DNA from: Clostridia bacterium
GTDB lineage: Bacteria > Bacillota > Clostridia > Oscillospirales > Acutalibacteraceae
Assembly (NCBI GenBank): GCA_017449935.1
Contig: JAFSYP010000066.1
Coordinates: 2,934 to 66,933 of the forward strand
Length of the DNA: 64,000 nt
Reading direction: 5' to 3'
The notes below the pieces were generated by a model. It made no database searches. It worked only from the letters and a program-made list of their open reading frames with translations, and was not told where the DNA came from. A program made the translations under genes and the position numbers. Positions 55,861-62,984 of this stretch are shown in pieces (the stretch's first letter is position 1; every line of letters begins with the position of its first letter).

Positions 55861-56244
55861 GTGACGGAACGAGATAAATCTATCATCCTTGCTATGCGAG
55901 AAAACGGCGAATCATATTCGGCAATTGCGAACGCTCTCCGGCTTCCTGTCGGAACCGTAAAGGCATTATGCAGCCGCGAAAAGAAAACTGACACGAACGC
56001 GGGTGTCCTCTGTCTGACCTGTGGCGCACCAATCCCTGCGTCATCTCACGGGAAAGGAAAGCGGTTCTGCTGCCGACGCTGCTACAACAAGTGGTGGCAC
56101 GCCAATCATACTGTTCGGACAGCGTATAACCGTACCTGCCCGGTCTGCGGTAAGGTGTTCACCGTCCGATCCAATAAGTGTCAGAAGTATTGCTCAGCTG
56201 ATTGTTATCATGCAGGGCGAAAGGCAGGCGGCGAGCATGAATAA
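55861..56244 (+). CDS. Sigma-70 region-4-like HTH protein with Cys-rich zinc-ribbon repeats (mobile-element type)
   Basis: The ORF has a GTG start. SYSAIANALRLPVGTVKALCSR is HTH-like. Two CxxC...C motif clusters follow (CLTCG...RFCCRRC and CPVCG...KYCSADC). Confidence 0.7.
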   Translation: MTERDKSIILAMRENGESYSAIANALRLPVGTVKALCSREKKTDTNAGVLCLTCGAPIPASSHGKGKRFCCRRCYNKWWHANHTVRTAYNRTCPVCGKVFTVRSNKCQKYCSADCYHAGRKAGGEHE

Positions 56245-56671
56245 GGATCTATTTGAATCGCTGCTTGCCTACAAGAGCATCATGGCGCAGGCAAAGATAC
56301 TGCTCAGGCGGGGCATCATCACGCGGAAAGAGTACGCGCATTTTGATACAATGTTCACCAAAAAGTACGGACTATCTTTGGATAGTATGAAATACATCTC
56401 CAGCGCGCTCTCCGCGATCAAGCCGATGGTGCTGATGAACGTGCAGGATTTCGACAAGGACGGTTTCCTGCTGAACACGCCCGGTCAGACCTACGATCTT
56501 CGCTCCGGCGGCAAACGCGGGTATGCGCCGCAGGCGTCGGACTACATCACGAAGCAGACGCTTGTTTCGCCGGACACAGACGGCAAAGAACTGTGGGACA
56601 AGGCGCTCGACACCTTCTTCTGCGGCGATCGCCAGCTGATCATCGATGTTGTACAGCGCGCCAACCAATAA
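56237..56671 (+). pseudogene. Chimeric ORF: small element-type protein fused to an internal fragment of a P4-family primase, 3'-truncated
   Basis: Residues 1 to about 50 (MNKDLFESLLAYKSIMAQAKILLRRGIITRKEYAHFDTMFTKKYGLSL) resemble small roughly 60-aa ICE/phage proteins. The rest (FLLNTPGQTYDLRSG...DYITKQT...FFCGDRQLI) resembles the region upstream of the D5_N/helicase part of phage or plasmid primases. No primase or helicase domain follows. Confidence 0.5.
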
Positions 56672-56755
56672 TGAAATGATACACGGGACTGCGTATTTGC
56701 GCATCAGTCTACCGATCGGCGCCTCACCCAATAACCGTGCGTTCTTTTCTTCCAT
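56642..56755 (-). pseudogene. 5' fragment (about 38 codons) of a MATE-family efflux transporter gene
   Basis: The ATG at 56755 has AAAGGA upstream. MEEKNARLLGEAPIGRLMRKYAVPCIISLLVGALYNI is a typical MATE N-terminus. After ALYNI the frame runs into the antisense of the primase fragment. Confidence 0.5.
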
Positions 56756-56854
56756 AATAATAATATCATCCTTTCCGAAAAGAAAAACAGGTGCAGCCCA
56801 CTGCCGGAATTACGCCGATGGCTACACGCTGTTTGATCTTTCTTGTTCTATTGT

Positions 56855-57094
56855 TCAGTCGAGGTACGAGCCGACGGGACTCATGCCGTATTCTTTAATA
56901 ATCTTAATGATTACGGAACCATCCGGCTGCTTTTCTTCAGTAATGATTTTATGCTTAGTTCGCGTTTCGTCAAGATGTGTCTTATACCTTCTCACTTCTT
57001 CCTCGACGACACGCACGGCGTAACTGTGTGGAACGTCCTCTTTGAGCATAAAATGTAGCGTTTGGCAGATACATGCTTCTTTTACTCTTTTCAT
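56855..57094 (-). CDS. Small hypothetical protein (79 aa)
   Basis: The ATG at 57094 follows GGAGGTG. The translation begins MKRVKEACICQTLHFMLKEDVPHSYAVRVVEEE... I can name no domain. Confidence 0.6.
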   Translation of the reverse strand: MKRVKEACICQTLHFMLKEDVPHSYAVRVVEEEVRRYKTHLDETRTKHKIITEEKQPDGSVIIKIIKEYGMSPVGSYLD

Positions 57095-57117
57095 TTTGAC
57101 TACACCTCCAAAATAAT

Positions 57118-57161
57118 AACGTGCGGCAAACAACTGGATTTACGCAGTAATTGCCACACGT
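57118..57161 (-). promoter_or_regulatory. Conserved leader element, copy A
   Basis: This 44-nt element is almost identical to 57809-57851, differing by one substitution and one 1-nt indel. It lies between the -10 box and the ribosome-binding site of the 79-aa gene. Confidence 0.55.
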
Positions 57162-57173
57162 TGGTTTAATCTG

Positions 57174-57202
57174 ATTATATTCTCTTTTTTTTAAAATTCA
57201 AA
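57174..57202 (-). promoter_or_regulatory. Promoter candidate (TTGAAT-16-TATAAT) for the 79-aa gene
   Basis: On the minus strand TATAAT lies at 57179-57174 and TTGAAT at 57201-57196. Confidence 0.5.
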
Positions 57203-57265
57203 TGGTCTTATTTAACAAAAAATAAAGCAAACCGAATTGTGCAAGATGACAACGTATCGCGCTTT

Positions 57266-57778
57266 TCATTCCAAGCCCAACCGCCTGCGGATATACGGAC
57301 CGATTTCGCCCGCATTTAAACCGAGGACAAACGAGAATTTATTTTCGGTCAGCTTCTCCGCGTCTCGCAGCAAAGATTCGTCTGTAGTGGAAAGCCGTTT
57401 GTTTTCTTCGGACAGCTTCTGCTTTTGCAGATACAACATGCCGACGATCAGAAGAACCTGCCGCATGTCGCATTCGCGTAAAGCCGCACGGCATTGTTCA
57501 TGTCGCGTGCTGCGATCGTCAATCCAGTGAACGGACGCGTCCTTGACAGAATCAATCGTAGCGTCTATTTCTTCGCGCGTCAACGGCACGCGCAATTTGG
57601 ATACAAGACTTTCGTTGTCCGTCGGAATGTAATACACGGAATTGCGGTCTGCGATCGGTTTTAACACATAAAACAGAGCATGACCATCCATTCCGGGCAT
57701 AGGACAAATGTCCTCGATCAGGCAAATGCCGTTTGCACCGTAACAGACGTACTGTGACTTTTCAAACTGTTTCTGCAC
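57266..57778 (-). CDS. CarD/CdnL-family (TRCF RNAP-interaction-domain-like) regulator paralog
   Basis: The GTG at 57778 follows GGGAGGGAG. The N-terminus FEKSQYVCYGANGICLIEDI...LFYVLKPIADRNSVYYIPTDN resembles the CarD N-terminal domain. Length is 170 aa. Confidence 0.7.
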   Translation of the reverse strand: MQKQFEKSQYVCYGANGICLIEDICPMPGMDGHALFYVLKPIADRNSVYYIPTDNESLVSKLRVPLTREEIDATIDSVKDASVHWIDDRSTRHEQCRAALRECDMRQVLLIVGMLYLQKQKLSEENKRLSTTDESLLRDAEKLTENKFSFVLGLNAGEIGPYIRRRLGLE

Positions 57779-57808
57779 GATTCTCCCTCCCGTTTTTTCT
57801 GAACACAA

Positions 57809-57851
57809 AACGTGCAGCAACAACTGGATTTACGCAGTAATTGCCACACGT
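57809..57851 (-). promoter_or_regulatory. Conserved leader element, copy B
   Basis: This is the second copy of the element at 57118-57161. It lies between the -10 box and the ribosome-binding site of the CarD-like gene. Confidence 0.55.
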
Positions 57852-57860
57852 CTATAATGT

Positions 57861-57889
57861 ATTATACTATTTTTCAAAGAAAAATGCAA
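57861..57889 (-). promoter_or_regulatory. Promoter candidate (TTGCAT-17-TATAAT) for the CarD-like gene
   Basis: On the minus strand TATAAT lies at 57866-57861 and TTGCAT at 57889-57884. Confidence 0.5.
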
Positions 57890-57984
57890 ATGGTATTTTT
57901 GCACAATTTTTCAGCAGGCAGTTTATCTTGGAATATCCGATCCGACCACACGTAATATGCGGATTGAAGACAATGCTTTGACCG

Positions 57985-59238
57985 TTAAAAAAGCTCACAG
58001 ATGAACGAGATCCGCCCGTCTCGCCACGCGGCACGGATGCTGCCGTTTTGCTGGGCGCAGATGCTTTCTGCGATGCTCAGGCCGATTCCGTACCCGCCGG
58101 TGTCGATGTTATGGCTCTTGTCCTCGCGGTAGAAACGGTCGAAGAAGCGTGCATAGTCCACGTCTTTTCCGGCGGCGTAATCGTTGGAAACGGTCATGCG
58201 GACGCCTTTTCTGCTCCGCTTGGCGAACGGCTCCAGCCTGATCTCGATCGTGCCGTTTTCGTCGCAATACTTCACCGCGTTGTCTAAAAGAAGCATGGCC
58301 AGTTGACGAATCTTGCTGCCGTCTGCAGTCAGCTCCAGTCCCGGCGTGATCTGCTGTGTGAGCGTCTTGCCTTCACTTTCCGCGCGGCTTTGGAAATCCT
58401 GCGCCGTCTGCGCCACAGCGTGTGACACGTCAATCTTTTCCGTGCCCGATTTGCTTTCCATCTCCCGCGACTTCGTGATCATCACAAGGTTTTGGATCAG
58501 GCTGTTCATGCGGTCGACCTGCCGGATCGTGGACTGCGTCCATTCCGTTTCGCCGCCGGTCATTTCCTGCATCTCCGTGTTGGAGCGGATGACCGCCAGC
58601 GGAGTTTTGAGTTCATGGCTGACGTTGGTCAGGAACTGCTCCTGCCGCTGACTGTTTTCGATCTCCGGCTTTATGGCTTTTTTGGAAAGCGCAACGACCA
58701 GGATCACCGTGATCAGCATCCCGACGAAGCCCACGCCGACGCTCGCATAGGCAAGACGCAGGCGGGAATAGAGCACGATGCCGCTGTCGAGCAGCACGAC
58801 GGACGTGGTGCCGTCGTCCTTGTGTGTGACCTTAAAAGAATAGCGGTCATAGCGTCCTCTGTCCTTTTGGAGATTCCTGATCTCTTCCGCAACGGCGGAC
58901 ACGCTCTCCTTCGGGAACGTATTGCCGCGGCTGGCGGAGTACGCTGTTTCCGTACCGTCTGCATCGTAGGTGAACTGATAAAAGCTGTTGCGCTGATAGG
59001 AAGGCGCAAAAATCTCTCCAACGGCGAATGCGTTCGGCGGTTTGCGCGGTTCATCTTCCTCGTCAAACGTATCGCGGTCTTCGCTGATGCGGTCGAGCGT
59101 CCAGTCGATCTCCTGCTGCGTGACGACGTAATTCGCCACATTGATAAAGCTGCCGATGAACGCCGTCACGAGAAAGAAAGAGACCGTGGCGATCAGGATG
59201 AACTTTTTGCGCAGTTTTTGGATTTCTTTGGCGTTCAT
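57985..59238 (-). CDS. Sensor histidine kinase
   Basis: Two transmembrane segments, the H-box SHELKTPLAVI and HATPase_c N/G boxes are present. Confidence 0.9.
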   Translation of the reverse strand: MNAKEIQKLRKKFILIATVSFFLVTAFIGSFINVANYVVTQQEIDWTLDRISEDRDTFDEEDEPRKPPNAFAVGEIFAPSYQRNSFYQFTYDADGTETAYSASRGNTFPKESVSAVAEEIRNLQKDRGRYDRYSFKVTHKDDGTTSVVLLDSGIVLYSRLRLAYASVGVGFVGMLITVILVVALSKKAIKPEIENSQRQEQFLTNVSHELKTPLAVIRSNTEMQEMTGGETEWTQSTIRQVDRMNSLIQNLVMITKSREMESKSGTEKIDVSHAVAQTAQDFQSRAESEGKTLTQQITPGLELTADGSKIRQLAMLLLDNAVKYCDENGTIEIRLEPFAKRSRKGVRMTVSNDYAAGKDVDYARFFDRFYREDKSHNIDTGGYGIGLSIAESICAQQNGSIRAAWRDGRISFICELF

Positions 59239-59909
59239 TGTTCCGCCTCCTTAAGCTGAAAGCTGCCGCCCTTGCTGCCGGTGATCGTGCAAGCGGAACG
59301 GATCGCTTCGAGCTTTCGCTTGAGATACGAAATGTACAGCCAGACGGTGTCCTCCTGCGCGTTCTCGTCGTGCTTCCACACATGTTCGAGCAGATACGGT
59401 GTGGACAGCGCAACGTCCGTGTTGGACATCAACAGCGCCATCAGGTCGAATTCCTTGTTGGACAGGCGGACGGAGTTCGCCGCGGACAGCGTATACTTTC
59501 CGGCGTCCAGCACGGTATTGCCCACGCGCAGCTCGTCGAACGCGTCCATTTGATGACGGCGTGTCAGGGCGCGGATGCGCGCGAGCAGTTCTTTGGCCGC
59601 AAAGGGCTTGGGCAGATAGTCGTCCGCGCCGGCGTCCAAGCCGGTCACACGGTCGTCGATCTCCGCCTTGGCGGTCAGCAGCAGGACGGGCGTGGAAATA
59701 TGCCGCCGCCGCATCTCCGAGAGCACGCCGTATCCGTCCACTTTCGGCATCATGATGTCCAGTACAACGCAGTCGTAGCTGTCGTTTTTCAAAAATTCCA
59801 GCGCCTGCTCGCCGTCAAATGCACTGTCGACGTCGTAGCCCTGCATCTGAAACAAAACCGTGACGGAACGGTTCAGGTCGCGTGTGTCTTCCGCAAGTAA
59901 CAGCTTCAT
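59235..59909 (-). CDS. OmpR/PhoB-family response regulator
   Basis: The receiver domain (LLAEDT...VLDIMMPKVDG...TAK) is followed by a winged-helix C-terminus. The gene has 4-nt overlaps with both neighbours. Confidence 0.9.
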   Translation of the reverse strand: MKLLLAEDTRDLNRSVTVLFQMQGYDVDSAFDGEQALEFLKNDSYDCVVLDIMMPKVDGYGVLSEMRRRHISTPVLLLTAKAEIDDRVTGLDAGADDYLPKPFAAKELLARIRALTRRHQMDAFDELRVGNTVLDAGKYTLSAANSVRLSNKEFDLMALLMSNTDVALSTPYLLEHVWKHDENAQEDTVWLYISYLKRKLEAIRSACTITGSKGGSFQLKEAEQ

Positions 59910-60505
59910 GCTTCCCCATCCTTTTCGTTGATCGCGGCGCGGATAATCTGCATGGAGACGTCCGTGGACGCCAGCTCGTCCGCACAGCGTTTGAGCTCCT
60001 CAAAGATCAGCGCGGAGTTGCCGACGTTCTTTTTATAGCGGATCTGGTGCTCCAGCGCCGCCCAGGTGTCCATGGAGATCGTGCGGATCTGGATCTCGGC
60101 ATAGTAGCCGTCTTTTTTTACAATCAGGTGCAGACTGCGGTAGCCGTTGGACTTGACGCTGCGGATATAGTCCTTTTCGTTGACGATCTCCAGATCATCG
60201 CGTGCACGCAGGTAATCCCGGATCGCGTAAACGTCGTCCAGAAACGTGCATACCACGCGTAGGCCGATCGCGTCGTGAATGTGCTGCAGCGCGCTTTCCG
60301 TCGTTTCGGGCAGTCCCTGCCGGCGGCATTTTTCGCGCATGCTGTCCTCCGCCTTGATGCGGTATTTCAGGTGTTCGACCGGATTCATGCCGGTCTTTTC
60401 TTTGATTTCTGCGGCGGCCGACCGGATGCAGTCGGCCAAAGCGTGCATCACGCTTTCCATCTCCGCCGACCGAGCCCCGTAAATACTGTTTGTCGCGTTC
60501 ATCAT
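59906..60505 (-). CDS. Small alarmone synthetase (RelA/SpoT-domain GTP pyrophosphokinase, RelP/RelQ-like)
   Basis: The 199-aa protein is a single-domain (p)ppGpp synthetase, with DAIGLRVVC, YRSLHLIV and EIQIRT motifs. Confidence 0.85.
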   Translation of the reverse strand: MMNATNSIYGARSAEMESVMHALADCIRSAAAEIKEKTGMNPVEHLKYRIKAEDSMREKCRRQGLPETTESALQHIHDAIGLRVVCTFLDDVYAIRDYLRARDDLEIVNEKDYIRSVKSNGYRSLHLIVKKDGYYAEIQIRTISMDTWAALEHQIRYKKNVGNSALIFEELKRCADELASTDVSMQIIRAAINEKDGEA

Positions 60506-60538
60506 CCATGTACCTCAATGCATCCATTATCTGTGTGG

Positions 60539-60567
60539 ATTATAACATATCCGCCCGAAGCATTCAA
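60539..60567 (-). promoter_or_regulatory. Promoter candidate (TTGAAT-17-TATAAT, TG-extended) for the SAS-RR-HK operon
   Basis: On the minus strand the sequence reads TTGAATgcttcgggcggataTGtTATAAT. Confidence 0.5.
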
Positions 60568-60709
60568 CTGTGTTTTCGGCAGAATATCGGTTCCGTTCCG
60601 CCGGTGTTTTCTTCCGTCTCACAGCCCCCAAAGCCGCACAGACATACAGCGGATTTGAGGGCGTTTTTCTGCCATATTTATTTGTATCAAAACAGGAGGC
60701 GTGTACGGT

Positions 60710-62545
60710 TTACTCCGCATCTAAACATTCGCCGATCCATGCGATGAAGTTTTCCGTCGAATTGCCGGTTCGTTCTGCCTGTGTGTGTCCGGCTCCCCAG
60801 ATCGTTTCAAAGTCAACGGAATCTACTGAGTCATAGTTTTCCAGCGCGAGCGCGAGATTCATTTCCGTTGACAGGGCACAATCGCTCTGCGCGATACCCG
60901 TGCGGATACGCCAGTATTTGGCGACTGTGCTCGTGCCGAAGCCTTCTGAGGATTCGAGCAGATAATACAGCGGCGTATACATTTTCAGACGCACGTCTAC
61001 TGTATTACCGACGCTGTCCGTTTTGGCAAGATCAGAGGTATAGTCATCGGCATAGCTGCTGCCGAGCGTATTCAGAATAGATGCAAGTTCCGCATCAAAA
61101 TGTGCGCCGTTTCCGTCGCCATAGCCGAACAGCGTGTTTTCGCCCTGTCCGCCGTCCAGTTGATCGAATGCGCCGAGGTTTTTGGACGCGCTCTTGAACG
61201 CCTGGACAAACGCTTCAATGCTGCTGATGGTTGCGGTGTTAGAAGAAGCGTCATAGTCAACCCATTCTCCGTCTGCGTTCAGCGCGTCGATATAGTCCTG
61301 CGCCGTTTCATACGTTCCGGAGAGGGATATGCCGCCAGTGGTTTCGTTGCGCGTAATGTCATCCTTCTCCTCAAAGGACTGTTCATCTGAATTGTCCGCA
61401 TGCATTTGCTGCGGCATTTGACCATCGCCGAACGAAGGCGCACCGTCGCCATCGGGCATCTGACCGTCGGCAAAGGACGGACGTTCCCCGTTCTGCTTCC
61501 CGCCGCCAAAGCCTCCCGACATACCGCCGGAGGAAGAAGCGTCATACGGAAATTCCGTGTCGGAAAGGAAGTTGTTGAGGGATCGTTCGATCTCTGCTTT
61601 CATGTATTCGTAATAACTGCCTGCCTGATAAATGCCGTTTGCCGAAGATGTTAATGTGAGCGCATTTCCGTCAGCGTCTTTTATTCCTGCGGCATTGACA
61701 TAGGCGGCAAACGCTTCTGCCAACTTGTCCGAAATCTGCTGCTCCTCCTCCGACAATCCGCTCCTGGTACAGCCCATCATCCATTCATATGCCGCATCGG
61801 CAGAATCGAGATTGGTGATCGGACACCAGCACATAGAGCCGAGCACCGCGTCGCTGACGCCCTGCACCGCGCCGATTTCTGCAAGGTAGTCGTCATACAG
61901 CGCGCTGTCTCCCGTCGACCCCATCAGCGCGGATTGCGCGCCGCCGCCGCTCATGCCGAACGTAAAGATACGTTCCGCACTGCCGGGAATCAGATCATCC
62001 GTGTAGCGGATATAGCGCACGGCTGCCTTTAAATCCGTGACGCCTGCCGGAGCGCCGGCATCTCTGCCGCGACAGCCCGCATGCACATAGACAAGTCCTG
62101 CATCCGTGTACTCCTTCACGCTCGAATAAGCGGTCAGCGATGCCATTGCGGAGTATCCCGGCGTGTTGATGGGCATGACGATCGGCGCAGTTTCTGCCGT
62201 ATAGCTGCCGACCTTCGCCGATGTGTTGACCGAACAGGTATAGGTGCCGTCGCTGTTTTCAGATGCGTCCATATAGGAACCGGGCACAAATACCGCCAGT
62301 GTTTCGTAGGTCGTATCCGCCGGATTCTCGCAGTAGGCAATACCGATTTGATAGTAGACGTCGTCGTCCGCGTTGTACTGCCACTTGGTCGTATCGATCT
62401 TGGACAGATTGGTGACAATTTCCTCCGGATTGTCCGCTGTCGGATTCTCCGTAATGTCGGGGTTGTTTGTGCTCTGCTTTCCGCAGGCAGTTACCGAGAT
62501 CAGCAATGCGGCAGCAAGCAGACAGGCAAGAACTCTTTTTTTCAT
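60710..62545 (-). CDS. Secreted lipoprotein with alpha/beta-hydrolase fold (esterase; tannase-like, tentative)
   Basis: The lipobox is ISVTAC and the nucleophile elbow is GMSGGG. A Gly/Met/Pro-rich linker is present. Length is 611 aa. Confidence 0.75.
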   Translation of the reverse strand: MKKRVLACLLAAALLISVTACGKQSTNNPDITENPTADNPEEIVTNLSKIDTTKWQYNADDDVYYQIGIAYCENPADTTYETLAVFVPGSYMDASENSDGTYTCSVNTSAKVGSYTAETAPIVMPINTPGYSAMASLTAYSSVKEYTDAGLVYVHAGCRGRDAGAPAGVTDLKAAVRYIRYTDDLIPGSAERIFTFGMSGGGAQSALMGSTGDSALYDDYLAEIGAVQGVSDAVLGSMCWCPITNLDSADAAYEWMMGCTRSGLSEEEQQISDKLAEAFAAYVNAAGIKDADGNALTLTSSANGIYQAGSYYEYMKAEIERSLNNFLSDTEFPYDASSSGGMSGGFGGGKQNGERPSFADGQMPDGDGAPSFGDGQMPQQMHADNSDEQSFEEKDDITRNETTGGISLSGTYETAQDYIDALNADGEWVDYDASSNTATISSIEAFVQAFKSASKNLGAFDQLDGGQGENTLFGYGDGNGAHFDAELASILNTLGSSYADDYTSDLAKTDSVGNTVDVRLKMYTPLYYLLESSEGFGTSTVAKYWRIRTGIAQSDCALSTEMNLALALENYDSVDSVDFETIWGAGHTQAERTGNSTENFIAWIGECLDAE

Positions 62546-62674
62546 AGCAGGGTTGTTCCTTTCTGGTTTGATTTATCAAAAGGTTTTACTGCTCGCCCAA
62601 AAAAACTTGAACATTTCTGTTTGTCCAAACGACGCATCAATCATTCACGATTTTATTGGGTGAGCAGTAATGGA

Positions 62675-62887
62675 TTATCGGAACCACAGGGTTATCCAAC
62701 CGCGTGGGCTGACGCCTTTCACGTAATGACAGACCGTTCCGGTAAACGGGCAACTGCTCTCCTTCGGCGTATCGGATACAATCAGGTCGGAATAATGAAG
62801 CTGTTTATCGAAGATTTGACGCAGTGCGGGTATACAGTAACGTTCTTGTGAGGATCGGATAAGACGCTGCACATGGAAAGGATTCAT
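62675..62887 (-). CDS. Small hypothetical protein (70 aa)
   Basis: The ATG at 62887 follows GGAGGAG. I recognise no domain. Confidence 0.45.
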   Translation of the reverse strand: MNPFHVQRLIRSSQERYCIPALRQIFDKQLHYSDLIVSDTPKESSCPFTGTVCHYVKGVSPRGWITLWFR

Positions 62888-62984
62888 ACGCTCTCCTCCG
62901 TTTTTGCGATTTCGCAATCGTAGTCATTCTCCCGACCGCCGACAAAAGCTGTCCGATGGCTGGGAATATTTATGCATGCTTTGG

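Larger units (their letters stand above)
55613..56645 (+). mobile_element. Decayed remnant of a tRNA-adjacent integrative element (no integrase present)
   Basis: The stretch is AT-rich and starts right after tRNA-Leu. It holds a repeat array, a phage/ICE-type HTH plus Zn-ribbon gene, a small element-type ORF fused to a fragment of a P4-type primase, and an abrupt junction near 56640. Confidence 0.4.

Noticed and set aside
55613-57950. Possibility of an intact prophage, ICE or PICI at the tRNA-Leu site.
   Set aside because: There are no integrase, recombinase, excisionase, replication helicase, capsid or conjugation genes. The primase is only an internal fragment. I could not find a direct repeat of the tRNA 3' end. 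I treat the region as a remnant.
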